From contig CAVWIG010000024.1 of the NCBI GenBank assembly GCA_963754945.1, positions 1 to 64,000 of the forward strand: a DNA stretch of 64,000 nucleotides, read 5' to 3'. Both the position numbers and the translations under genes were made by a program. Shown piece after piece: positions 1 through 9,958 of this stretch. How positions within the stretch are numbered: position 1 is the first letter of the stretch; each line of letters starts with the position of its first letter. This DNA comes from Methanotrichaceae archaeon. GTDB taxonomy: Archaea; Halobacteriota; Methanosarcinia; Methanotrichales; Methanotrichaceae. Under the pieces are notes generated by a model. It was not told the DNA's origin. It saw nothing but the letters and a program-made list of their open reading frames with translations, and did no database searches.

Positions 1-104
1 CCTATATTTATTATTTATTGGGCGAAAACGCTTGTCGGGCTAATAGAAACAACTTCTTATAATCTCGTCGCCAATATTATTGCAAAATTGTTAAAGGTGG
101 TCTC

Positions 105-1100
105 ATGAAGAGCTCCATTTTCGTGGCTTTACTGGCAGTGGTAGTGCTGTTCTCTTTGGGCTGCATATCGTCACCCGAGAAAAAAACAGATAACATCACG
201 ACTCTGCATATCGGCTACCAGCCGAGCACCCATCACATTGCAGAGATGGTGGCAGACGAAAAAGGCTGGTGGCTCGCCGACCTAAAGCCCTTCGGCATAA
301 CAGGCATTAAGGAGTTCCAATTCCAGAATGGGCCGCCTGAGATGCAGGCTATGCTCGCGGGAGACCTCGACGTTGCCTACGTTGGAGTGGCTCCGCCGAT
401 CTCCGCAATTGCCCAGGGCCTGGACGCCAAGATCGTAGCTGGCGTGAGCGTAAACGGGTCGAACCTCGTCTTCAGGTCCGGCCTTAACTACAGCGGACCT
501 CAGTCCCTGATGGGATTGAGCGTAGGCACGTTCCCGCCAGGCTCCATCCAGGATATCACCCTGAAGAAGTGGCTCAAGGAGAACGGCGTGGACGTTTCAA
601 AGGTTAAGATACTCCCAATGGGACCAGGAGATGCTGTCACGGCTATAACAGCCGGCAAAGTGGACGCTGTCTTCCTGCCCCAGCCGTCGCCCGCTATAAT
701 AGAAAGGGAGGGCAAGGGCAGGTCCGTTGTGGCTGCCGGCCAGATGTGGCCCAATGCTGCAGCGAACTGCATAGTCGTCAGCGGGAAGCTGATCAGGACC
801 CAGCCTGACCTGGCCGAGCAGATAATCCGGACCCATATCAAGGCCACAGAATATGCCAACGCAAATCCAATGGAAGCCGCCAAGATCTACTCCAACAGGA
901 CGCACCAGGATCTTCAGACCATCGAGTATTCTCTGCAGACCTGGGACGGGAGGTTGATCAGCGATCCTAAGGTGGAGATACCCTCTGTTGAGGAGTACGC
1001 CCGTGTCAACTACGAGCTGAACTACACATCCAAGCTGCTGACAGCGAACGACCTATTCGACACTAACCTTTACGAACGGGTAATGTCAAAGAACAGCTGA
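105..1100 (+). CDS. ABC transporter substrate-binding lipoprotein, SsuA/TauA/NitT family
   Basis: Signal peptide with lipobox-like SLGC; IGYQPS, GPPEMQAMLAGDLDVAYVG and GKVDA motifs. Confidence 0.85.
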   Translation: MKSSIFVALLAVVVLFSLGCISSPEKKTDNITTLHIGYQPSTHHIAEMVADEKGWWLADLKPFGITGIKEFQFQNGPPEMQAMLAGDLDVAYVGVAPPISAIAQGLDAKIVAGVSVNGSNLVFRSGLNYSGPQSLMGLSVGTFPPGSIQDITLKKWLKENGVDVSKVKILPMGPGDAVTAITAGKVDAVFLPQPSPAIIEREGKGRSVVAAGQMWPNAAANCIVVSGKLIRTQPDLAEQIIRTHIKATEYANANPMEAAKIYSNRTHQDLQTIEYSLQTWDGRLISDPKVEIPSVEEYARVNYELNYTSKLLTANDLFDTNLYERVMSKNS

Positions 1101-1199
1101 GATAAGATCCGTGGAGGGTGCTGCCAGGTATCGAACATCCTTCTGCTCCCTCTGCGGAACCTGGCGGTCGCTCTGGGCCATTTTTTTGGCGTACTCCAA

Positions 1200-1400
1200 A
1201 GTAAGGCCCCACTTGATCGCGAAATCACCAATTCTACTGCTACTACACGAAATGTTCTTGACGATTGCAACAAGTCCTTCATCTTACGATTTATCAACGT
1301 GCCCTTAATGTAATTGGCTACTCTATAACCGATAGCCGATCCAGGGCAAACGTGCTCATGAAATTCAACTGTATTATTAAATTCCTCGCCCACTAACATC
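1200..1400 (-). pseudogene. FmdE-family (formylmethanofuran dehydrogenase subunit E-like) remnant
   Basis: EFHEHVCPGSAIGYRVA resembles FHGHxCPG; the next motif (DEGLVAIVKNISC) is in another frame after a stop; boundaries approximate. Confidence 0.6.
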
Positions 1401-1465
1401 ACGCTCAGGATGATTTCACTATTATCAATCAAAAATTATCAATCAAAATCGACTTTACATTCGCT

Positions 1466-1918
1466 TCACTTTGACACGTCACCCTCGATGATCAAGTTCA
1501 GGACGTAATCATAATCCAGAGTTTGGCACCATCCTGCCTTCTCGAAGATCGACATGAAGCAGACACCGATGAGCTGCTTGTATTTTATCGTGGTTAGAAA
1601 ATCCTTCATTTCTTCCGGCTTTACGCCAATCTTGGGCATGGCCATACCACCCAAAACGACGACAACATCAGCGTCAGCAGTGCTCTTGTCCCCGAGCTCC
1701 AATCCGTACTCAGTTGAGACAATCCTGCGTGCCTTTTCTTTATTCAAGCCTGGAACAAAGGCCAGCTCTTTGTCTCTCACCGGATAACCCAGGAAGAGCG
1801 CGAAGGGAGTACAGAAGCCTGGAGAGCCCACGAAGGTTATTTTCTTATCATCTTTCACGAGTTCTCTGAAGCCGTTCAGCATGCCGCCAAGGCCTTTCAC
1901 GTCTTGAACTTTTTCCAT
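1466..1918 (-). CDS. DUF2124-like conserved methanogen protein
   Basis: FVGSPGFCTPFA, VLGGMAMP and IGVCFMSIF motifs. Confidence 0.75.
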   Translation of the reverse strand: MEKVQDVKGLGGMLNGFRELVKDDKKITFVGSPGFCTPFALFLGYPVRDKELAFVPGLNKEKARRIVSTEYGLELGDKSTADADVVVVLGGMAMPKIGVKPEEMKDFLTTIKYKQLIGVCFMSIFEKAGWCQTLDYDYVLNLIIEGDVSK

Positions 1919-2842
1919 TGAAGATCGGTCTAAAGTATGTGGTTCTCAGGCTTTAACTTTGGGGAGACAAAAGTGATGAAATCCGAATAGGTGATTTACT
2001 CCTGAAAGTTTCAGGATAGGGGTGCATAGCCAAGGTATATGATTTTTCAGTTGATCTGGAATGGGCCATTGCATATATTATTGAACCCTCAGGGACTTGG
2101 GATAACAGGGACAGAAGCTTATGCCCGCAGGGTGAATTCCCAAGTTCGCGAATTATGCGCAGTTTTGAAGAACTCCGTGGCTTCCAAGGATACTGCCAAT
2201 GAGAGGGTATTACTGATGAAGGACCGGGGCGGCAGTGGATGGGAGGCGCCAGTGTGGAATGTAGGCTTCAGATTATGCTCCTGTCATATGGCATTTTGAG
2301 AATTCGGCTAAATACGTCATAGAAATCTCACACGTACTAACACTGTTTGTTGCTCAAAAGATATTATACTACCATACCATAAGATCCAGCCAAGACGCTT
2401 TTTAGCTTTACAAGTATCCCGAAGACTATAGGCGCAAATCCGTTAGCTCGCCTGCTATTGATTTATTGCTGCGTTACATAGTATTTTTGGTAATATAGGA
2501 CCAGGAGAGCAAAGGCAGCGGTTTAGGCTGAAATGATATCTTATAAAAATATACACTGGTCACGGAACACAAAAATGAGAAAGATGGAATAAAAAAGGTT
2601 ATATGCATTTAGTAGAGTACTTGCTTCGCTTACGTGGACTGTCAACTCCAGTACGTGTAAGCTAGGACAGGATGATGTTAACCTCAACAAGCGTTAATTG
2701 AATATTGATAAGTTCACTGAGTACACTCGGACAGATCCTTGTGCACGCTTCAGTAACACTCGATTCTATCAATTTTTCTGTCAACGGAATGATCAGATGG
2801 CTGAGGAAGGTCCCGGCCAAGCAATAGAACACAGAAGAGGTA

Positions 2843-4369
2843 TCAGCTGGAGATTGCATCCACACTGTAGAGGGATCCCAATGCACTCTCCGTATCCATC
2901 TCGAACTTCGCTTCTCCCACGGTAAAGACCTTGATCCGGGGGTGGACTAAGATGAAGAATATCAGAGCAGTGAGAAGCATCTTACTCTCCAGGCTCGGCC
3001 CGGTCTCCGTGGTTGTAGTCGTGGTGCTATTGGTTTCCGTGGTCTCAGAGCTGCCCTTGGTGATATTCTTGGAGATATCCTCCTGGACCACTGTAGTCTT
3101 GTTGTTGACAAATGGCAATATCTCTCCTCCTGAAAAGGAGGTGGCAATCATATTGGCGATCATCAGGATCAGGGCGATGACCAGCAACCCACCCACTAGA
3201 CCCCGGAGCCGGGATTCAGACGATCGGAGCTTGAACCACCAGTCCCACCAACTGGTATCCTCTCCCCTCAATCGACCCAAGTTAGCGTTCGCTGCCTCGG
3301 AGAGAGGGTCCAGGCGGAGGGCGTTCTTGAGGTAGCTCTCAGCCTTCTCCTTCGCTCCCTCCATATTGGATACGGCTGCCAAATTGTTGTAGGTCTCAGG
3401 GAGTTCCTCCGATTTGAGAGCAGCCTCAAACTCATTCTTTGCCCCTTCAAGAAGTCCCTGCTTAAAATATAATAATCCTAAATTATTATACAATGCGGCG
3501 ATGGTCTTCTTTTCCTTCCTCTTCCCCCGTGGCGTGAGCTGATCGATGTACTTCTGGCACTCATCCCTCTCGCAGATGGCCAGACCTTCCTTAAATCGTT
3601 TCTCAGCCTCTCGATAGTCACCTTCTACCATCTTGATCCGGCCTAAGTTGTTTAAGGCAGAGGCCTCCATCAGCCCATAGAAGGGGGAGAGATCGGCCTG
3701 GAGAAGGTTCGCTTGAGTTCGGAACTTTCTCCTCGCCTCCTCCAGCTCTTTTTGGGCAAGTGAGAGTCTCCCTTTTTTGAAGAGGACTAGGCCGCGGAAG
3801 AAGTTAGCATGGCCGGTGTCAGTCTCTCCTTGACTTTTGTTCTCGATAGCCCTGCCGTACTGCTCTATCGCTAGGTCAGGCTTGTTCCATTTGTAGTAGG
3901 CCCAGCCGAGATCGTTTCTGAAGAGGTTCTTATCGGACTTTTTCAAGGCCTCCAGGAGACATCTCACTGCCTCAACATAGTTGTCCTCCAACAGATAGGC
4001 CATCCCCAGGTCGTGATAGGCCCAGGCCAGATGACCATTGTCATCTTTCTCCTTCTCAAACTCTCTTGCCTCTTTGCCGTAGATACTCGCGTCACATCTG
4101 TTTACAAGATCGTTGTGGAACTTCCCAGGTCTTCTCTCTCCCTCCCTTACCACCAAGGACAGTTCTAGGATCGCCTCTTTGAACTCCTCCTTCTCCAGAA
4201 GGACTATGCCTAGGTATCGATGGGCATTGAGGTATTCGGGATCTTCTTTAGCAAGCTCTCTCAGCTTTAAAGCGGCCTGGTCCAGGTCCTTGTTCTTTCC
4301 CTGGAAGAGCTGGAAGGCCTCACAGTACTTTTTGAGCAAATTATCGGATTCCGCAAGAACCATCATCAT
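2843..4369 (-). CDS. TPR-repeat protein with two C-terminal transmembrane helices flanking a Thr-rich loop
   Basis: Repeated A(Y/L)NNLG-type TPR units; WWDWWF followed by hydrophobic segments. Confidence 0.8.
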   Translation of the reverse strand: MMMVLAESDNLLKKYCEAFQLFQGKNKDLDQAALKLRELAKEDPEYLNAHRYLGIVLLEKEEFKEAILELSLVVREGERRPGKFHNDLVNRCDASIYGKEAREFEKEKDDNGHLAWAYHDLGMAYLLEDNYVEAVRCLLEALKKSDKNLFRNDLGWAYYKWNKPDLAIEQYGRAIENKSQGETDTGHANFFRGLVLFKKGRLSLAQKELEEARRKFRTQANLLQADLSPFYGLMEASALNNLGRIKMVEGDYREAEKRFKEGLAICERDECQKYIDQLTPRGKRKEKKTIAALYNNLGLLYFKQGLLEGAKNEFEAALKSEELPETYNNLAAVSNMEGAKEKAESYLKNALRLDPLSEAANANLGRLRGEDTSWWDWWFKLRSSESRLRGLVGGLLVIALILMIANMIATSFSGGEILPFVNNKTTVVQEDISKNITKGSSETTETNSTTTTTTETGPSLESKMLLTALIFFILVHPRIKVFTVGEAKFEMDTESALGSLYSVDAISS

Positions 4370-4442
4370 TTATTGAGCAAGCTCTTTATTTAATCCTTTT
4401 GTCCCCGCGAGGCCTCTTGATAGGATCAAAGAGGTGGTGTGA

Positions 4443-6158
4443 TTAAAATTTATTCTTTAATATCAATAGTTGGTAGGGGTGGATGGAGAGGACGACATAG
4501 GTCCGGTCCTGCCTATTTAGCACCGGGGCTCTTGGTCCCCCTTCCAAGAGGCTAACCATTTCTCCCTCGGAAGGATGAAGCCCCTCCTCTACTCCCACCC
4601 AGATCATCCTCTCCTCAGAGGAGAGGTTGATGGCCACGAGGATCTCGTCCCGGTCAAGGAGGCGAGAGAAGGCGATCATTGCGAGGCGGTTTGCTAGGGA
4701 GGGATGCTCAAAGGACCTGCCGTCCAAGGATACCTCCCGAAAGTGCATCCGGCCGTATCGCAGAGCGGGCTGCTCTCTCCTTATCTTGGCAAGTGCTTTG
4801 ATGTGCTGGTAGATGGGGCTCTGGTCATCGAAGAAGTGAACCCCAGTCGTGTCAAAGGCCCCCCATCTTCCGCCGAAAAGGCACTCCCTCACATAGTAAT
4901 CTTTATCGCCGTGGCCATCGAACCCCTGTTCTGTTCCATAGTAGAGGCAGGGTATTCCTGAAGAGGCGATCAGGTATCCAAGAGCTGCCTGGGCCAGATT
5001 GGTTGATGCTAGGCCGTGCATGAATCGTTCGTTCCGGTCGTGGTTGTCCAGGAATGTGACGAGATGAGAGCCGGGGGAACATCGGTCTTGATAATACTCC
5101 TCCAGCAGCGAGTACCTCTCCCTCAGCCGGGCGGGATCCCCTCCCATCTTGAAGACCATCTCCAAGGTTTTGTTGAGGGGAAAGTCCAAGGCCGCCTCCA
5201 GGGAGATGGGGCAGTCCTCTCTTCCGGTGATGGAGACTCTCCGGCAAAGGTAGCCCTTTATCTGTTCGTCATCCCCCGCGACCTCCCCGAAGATTGGGAA
5301 GTTGTGCTTCCCGATTCTCAGGCAGTACTCTTTAATGGCGTTGCAGAATTGGGCGGAGGGGCCGGGGCCAAGATGCCTGGCCGTGTCCAGTCGAAACCCG
5401 TCCACATCGCTGATCGCGATCCAGTATTTATATATTTTTATGAGGCTGTCCATCACAGAAGGATGGCTCAGGTCCAGCTTCTTATAGGAGGCAAAGTCCC
5501 CTTCTTCTATTTCTTCCTGTTCCGCTGCCTTAAAGTCCCGGATGAATCCCCTCCTCTTGTAGTAGAGAGGGTTCTGCAGCTCCCGGGGCCAAACGGCGTC
5601 ATCTTTGCCAAGAGCTGGCCCCTTCCGTCTCCAGAACCCGAAGCTGTAGGGGCAAGTGCTCCTATAGGCTTTCTCCCCACTCAAATATGCCCAGTTGTCC
5701 CCCGTGTGGTTGATGACGATATCTAATATGACATAGATCCCCCGGCCATGGGCCTCTTTCACCAGCCGCTCCAGGTCTTCCCGGTCTCCGAAGCGAGGGT
5801 CTACGGAGAGAAAGTCCTGAATGCCATAGCCGTGATAGGTGTCCACCATCTCCGGCCGGTTCTTGAAGATGGGGCTGATCCAGAGGGCGTTACATCCAAG
5901 ATTTTTTATATAATCCAGCCTTCGGGTCACTCCCTTCAGGTTGCCGCCCTGAAAGACCCCACCTATTCGGGGATCTCGGCCTTTAGGGGTGAAGCCGGGA
6001 TTGAAAGGGGGGATGTAGCGGCGGTTGTTATCGAATCGGTCGACGAGGAGAAAATAAATAAAAATGTCTCTCCAGTCCCTTGGAGAGGGATAGACCTCTC
6101 CTCGGGGCTCAAAGTCCAGCTCAGAGATCGATTTGGGCTCATCTATCTCTCTGTCCAT
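4443..6158 (-). CDS. GH13 alpha-amylase family glycoside hydrolase
   Basis: YHGY, DIVINH, DGFRLD (nucleophile), FGE (acid/base), FLDNHD, GIPCLYYGTEQG. Confidence 0.9.
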   Translation of the reverse strand: MDREIDEPKSISELDFEPRGEVYPSPRDWRDIFIYFLLVDRFDNNRRYIPPFNPGFTPKGRDPRIGGVFQGGNLKGVTRRLDYIKNLGCNALWISPIFKNRPEMVDTYHGYGIQDFLSVDPRFGDREDLERLVKEAHGRGIYVILDIVINHTGDNWAYLSGEKAYRSTCPYSFGFWRRKGPALGKDDAVWPRELQNPLYYKRRGFIRDFKAAEQEEIEEGDFASYKKLDLSHPSVMDSLIKIYKYWIAISDVDGFRLDTARHLGPGPSAQFCNAIKEYCLRIGKHNFPIFGEVAGDDEQIKGYLCRRVSITGREDCPISLEAALDFPLNKTLEMVFKMGGDPARLRERYSLLEEYYQDRCSPGSHLVTFLDNHDRNERFMHGLASTNLAQAALGYLIASSGIPCLYYGTEQGFDGHGDKDYYVRECLFGGRWGAFDTTGVHFFDDQSPIYQHIKALAKIRREQPALRYGRMHFREVSLDGRSFEHPSLANRLAMIAFSRLLDRDEILVAINLSSEERMIWVGVEEGLHPSEGEMVSLLEGGPRAPVLNRQDRTYVVLSIHPYQLLILKNKF

Positions 6159-7053
6159 CCATCTTCATAATTCCCTCTGATCGTAAATAATTATGGGCGA
6201 AATCTACCCTGCGGTCGAAGCGATAAAAGTGCGTTCAGAATCACGCTTAGAGTATGCCCTCGACGATGCAAGTTGTTTCAGAGTATCTAATGGTTTTATG
6301 CGCAGCATCGGCTCAGTAGGTCGTTAGCAAATTTCGAGATAATGCTCCTTGTAAAAGTTTCGTTGGGGACGTCAATGCTTTCCATTTGGACTCGTGGAAT
6401 TGTTCTATTTCGCTGTCAGGTTGTACAATATAAATTATACAACCAGCCAGGCCGGTAAAATAAGCTATAAAATTTTATAAATCTGCTTTCGACCCCGTAA
6501 AGCCTCTTGCTTTTGCGCTCCAGGTTCTGCACCACAGCCGATAGCGGTTAAATCGAGGTCGGCCAAAGGGCTCAATCTGTGCCTATAGACTATATGATTT
6601 GCTGGAAGGAGTTGGGAGGCTCGTCGGGGCAGGCTCGATCTTGCAGAAGGTTCTTGCAAGTTACATTCACTCAGGCCATCAAAACAGTATCGAACAGTAC
6701 TTCTAGGCATCATCGCGAGTACAGCACGGTTAGACGCAACTTCAGCTAGCCCAAGGCGGCCATAACTCCCTGTCCCGGACATTAGTGCTACCTAAACGGC
6801 TTATTACCACAAATCCTGGGCATCCAAGGATGCCGCTCCATTAGAAATAGAATAATTAAAAATAGATAAAAAAAAGGCGTTAGTTGGTTATCCTTTAGCA
6901 AGGCTGGTTTCAAGTCTATTATATAGCCTCTCTTGCTGAGCCTTTTGACAAAAACAAGGACAAGGCTCATGCCCGAAGGATGAAGCGATATTTTTGGCAC
7001 TGCATTCATAAGACATCAATCTACATCAAAGAAAAGTTGAACAAAAAAGAGAA

Positions 7054-8220
7054 TCATTTCGATATTATCTTCTGCATCAACGTCATTATTCCCGGCCCAG
7101 TATTCCTATTGGCTCCCGACTGGCAAGTGCCCATCTCCATTCCCGGGAATCCACCCAGTATCTCCCTGTTGAAACGGTCGGTTATCTCGTCGAATATCCT
7201 CTTGTAGGCAACGCAGTGAGGATCGACGCCCTTTATTTCGCCGCTCGAAGGAACCATTGCGTTGTAGGGGCACCCTCCCCTGCAGTATCTGATGTGCTTG
7301 CACTTCTTGCATTCAGTGTTCACATAATCCTTGAACTGGTGCATGTGCTTCCAGGCCTCAGACTGGGCCAGGTCTTCCATGCTCGGATGGTCCCGGACAT
7401 TGCCCATGACATACTTGGGCATCCCTACAAAACGGTAGCAAGGATAGATGCTCCCATCAGGCCCCACAGCAAAGGTATTGTCCATGCAGTCCACGAAGGT
7501 GCAGACTGTGCCCCTGCCGGTAAAGACACACCTGCAGTAGTCATCGATGTTTCGTACTTCAATCCGGCCCATGTTCTCCAGATACTTGTCAAGGAGATAG
7601 ACCAGCAATTCTCCATACTCCGCTGGGTCAAGCGCCCATTTCTTGGGGTTATCGCCCTTCAAGGAGGGCAGTGCAGGGTGCAGCTTAAGGGTCAGGCCGT
7701 TCTCCAGAAAATAATTGAAGATATCCTCCTTGAACTTCACAGAATGGGAGGTGAAGGTGCAGATGAATTGCACACTGAGGCCGTGGTCCTTGGCGATCTC
7801 ATAGCCGCGCATTGTCCGCTCGTAGTAGCCCTCCGACCTCTGGAGGTCGTTCAGTTCCTGGGGGCCGTCCAGGCTGGAGCCTATGGGAATGCTGTGTTCT
7901 GCCAACACTTCGGCCAGCTCCGGTGTGAGCTTCCAGAGGTTTGTCTGCAGGGCAAAATTCGGTTTCAGGTGAGGCAAGCCCTCGGTCAGCATCGGCAAGG
8001 CCTTCCGGTAAAAGTCCGCGCCTGCCAGAAGCGGCTCACCGCCGTGAAAGGTAAAAGTAACAGGATCGTCCCGGAAGACCTTGAGCCATTCCACCGTTTC
8101 TTTGATGGTGTCAATGCTCATTATGGGAGATCCTTCCTCTGAGCTCCAGCAATAGCTGCACTTGGATGGACAGCCCAGAGTCGGGATTATCATCACGTGA
8201 AATGGCTTTTTTTGCTGCAT
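7054..8220 (-). CDS. Radical SAM/SPASM enzyme, methanogen putative peptide-modifying family (TIGR04083-like)
   Basis: CPSKCSYC, FHGGEPLL, SPASM C..GSIYPC..CKKCKHIRYCRGGCP. Confidence 0.85.
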   Translation of the reverse strand: MQQKKPFHVMIIPTLGCPSKCSYCWSSEEGSPIMSIDTIKETVEWLKVFRDDPVTFTFHGGEPLLAGADFYRKALPMLTEGLPHLKPNFALQTNLWKLTPELAEVLAEHSIPIGSSLDGPQELNDLQRSEGYYERTMRGYEIAKDHGLSVQFICTFTSHSVKFKEDIFNYFLENGLTLKLHPALPSLKGDNPKKWALDPAEYGELLVYLLDKYLENMGRIEVRNIDDYCRCVFTGRGTVCTFVDCMDNTFAVGPDGSIYPCYRFVGMPKYVMGNVRDHPSMEDLAQSEAWKHMHQFKDYVNTECKKCKHIRYCRGGCPYNAMVPSSGEIKGVDPHCVAYKRIFDEITDRFNREILGGFPGMEMGTCQSGANRNTGPGIMTLMQKIISK

Positions 8221-8332
8221 CTTTCGTTTGGCCTTCTTTCCAAGTATTTGTAATTATCCTGCTGGGTTCAGTCCTGGTTTCAGTCCTGTATGGTCCCGAG
8301 AAAATTTATGATTTGATGATATTTGATGATCT

Positions 8333-9550
8333 TTACACACCCAAGGCGTTGATCGCCTCTATCAGCTCTTTAAAGGCCTCGATCTCAAGGTCCAGCACCT
8401 CCCTTTCGGTCATGGAGATGCTCATTTCACCGTCCACTGTCAACTGGTCAGGACCCCTGCGAACAAGCCTGTCATTGCCGTCCTTCGTTAGGACACGATG
8501 AAGGTCCTTGTCATGGGCCAACATCCTTCCCGGTACTAGAACCGTCTCTTTCACATTGCTCAGATCCAGGCCGGCCAAGTCCTTGATGGTCATTAGACAG
8601 CCAACGTCCTTGGCCACCGGAAGGACGTTGACCTTGCCGCCGAGCTCATCGAATATGGCCGAAAGAAGAGGCTGGGCGATGGAGCTTGTGATTATAGTTG
8701 CGCTCTTTGTAACTGCAGGAAGCTTTCCGATCTCCTCTCTGTGGCTGGCCAGGGCGAAAGGCGCACCAGTCATAGGGTCCCACAGAGGAGTGCCTGTCAC
8801 CCTGAACTTGTACCTTTTGCTGACGTCGGTTACGATCTGCTTGAACTCTTTGGCTGTGTGGGACACGACTCCAGGAATGATCGGCGCATTCCCAAGGATC
8901 AAGCCCTGTTCAGTTGTGTTGGCAAACCTCATGAGAATAAGGCCCTTTGCCCCCATCTCCTCCAGGTCGCTGCAGGTCTTCTCTAGCTCATCTTTATCGT
9001 TCACCCCAGGGATCAGGACTGCTGCAGCATAAACATCGCAGCTTTCGCAGAAACGCCTCAGGTTGGATATTGACGCCTCCGGGTACTTGTCAGCCATGTA
9101 CTTGTGCCGAAGCTCCGGCCTTGTGGAGAAGACTGTGAAAGAGACCTCGTTCACTCCGGCCTCGATCAGCGGCTCCGCCTCGTCTCCGCGGGAAAATCCC
9201 TTACCACTGGTGTATCCAAGATGAATAGGCACTATGCCCTGGCCCAACATCCTGGCCAACGGCAGGAGCTCGGGATAGCAGCTGAGGTCGCCTCCGCCGC
9301 TAATAGTAACCTTATCCGGCATAGAGCCGAAGGTCTTCTGGGCTACCTCGAAGGCCACCATCTGCATGGGTTTGAATCCTGGGTACCCTTCGATTATGGC
9401 TCGAGAGCAATAGTCACACCCCTTCTTGAAGGGCATGCAGTGCTGGCACCCAAAAGGCTCCACGGCCTTAACTCCTCTGAAATAGCAATAGCTACAGAAC
9501 CCTTTACAGTCCAGTCCCGGCCTTCCACCTACATCAGCAAGTACATCCAT
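8333..9550 (-). CDS. mmp10: Methanogenesis marker 10; MCR arginine methyltransferase (radical SAM, cobalamin)
   Basis: DVGGRPGLDCKGFCSYCYF, CQHC..GCDYC, C-terminal VRRGPDQLTVDGEMS. Confidence 0.9.
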   Translation of the reverse strand: MDVLADVGGRPGLDCKGFCSYCYFRGVKAVEPFGCQHCMPFKKGCDYCSRAIIEGYPGFKPMQMVAFEVAQKTFGSMPDKVTISGGGDLSCYPELLPLARMLGQGIVPIHLGYTSGKGFSRGDEAEPLIEAGVNEVSFTVFSTRPELRHKYMADKYPEASISNLRRFCESCDVYAAAVLIPGVNDKDELEKTCSDLEEMGAKGLILMRFANTTEQGLILGNAPIIPGVVSHTAKEFKQIVTDVSKRYKFRVTGTPLWDPMTGAPFALASHREEIGKLPAVTKSATIITSSIAQPLLSAIFDELGGKVNVLPVAKDVGCLMTIKDLAGLDLSNVKETVLVPGRMLAHDKDLHRVLTKDGNDRLVRRGPDQLTVDGEMSISMTEREVLDLEIEAFKELIEAINALGV

Positions 9551-9958
9551 GGCTCTCTTTGCTCATAGCCAGAAGAGTAAATAGATTTTGGGCTGGCACA
9601 TCCGGACCAGGTGTTACAAATTGGGAGGTTCAATTGAACACAAAGTTTTTTCTTGCCTATGGGGGAAAGAGTCTATCGTCATATATTTTTTAAGTATCAC
9701 ATTGATATCGAGTTGTGTTAGCCTTATTGAGGGGATAGGGAAAACAATATATACATCCATTAATACATGTTTAAGTCGGGATGGATGAATTGGGACTTTT
9801 GCCCAGTTTGTATCGAGGTTCGGGATGAGGGATGTACTAACCGAGTGGACATAACGAGAGCTGGACAAATTGCAGAATAAGCAATGGAAGAGGGGCATTC
9901 TTCTTGGGGTGCATATTAGGAGCACGATGCCGCAGTGATGATCGGTCGGAGGTAGCTT

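Noticed and set aside
1920-2840. Long spacer with short ORFs (also 6160-7050, 29500-29800, 33050-33430)
   Set aside because: Possibly decayed gene fragments, but no family motif or RNA structure could be supported.
9785-9880. 31-aa ORF with CPVC between mmp10 and smc as a radical SAM precursor
   Set aside because: Opposite strand to the SPASM gene, no clear RBS, too short to support.
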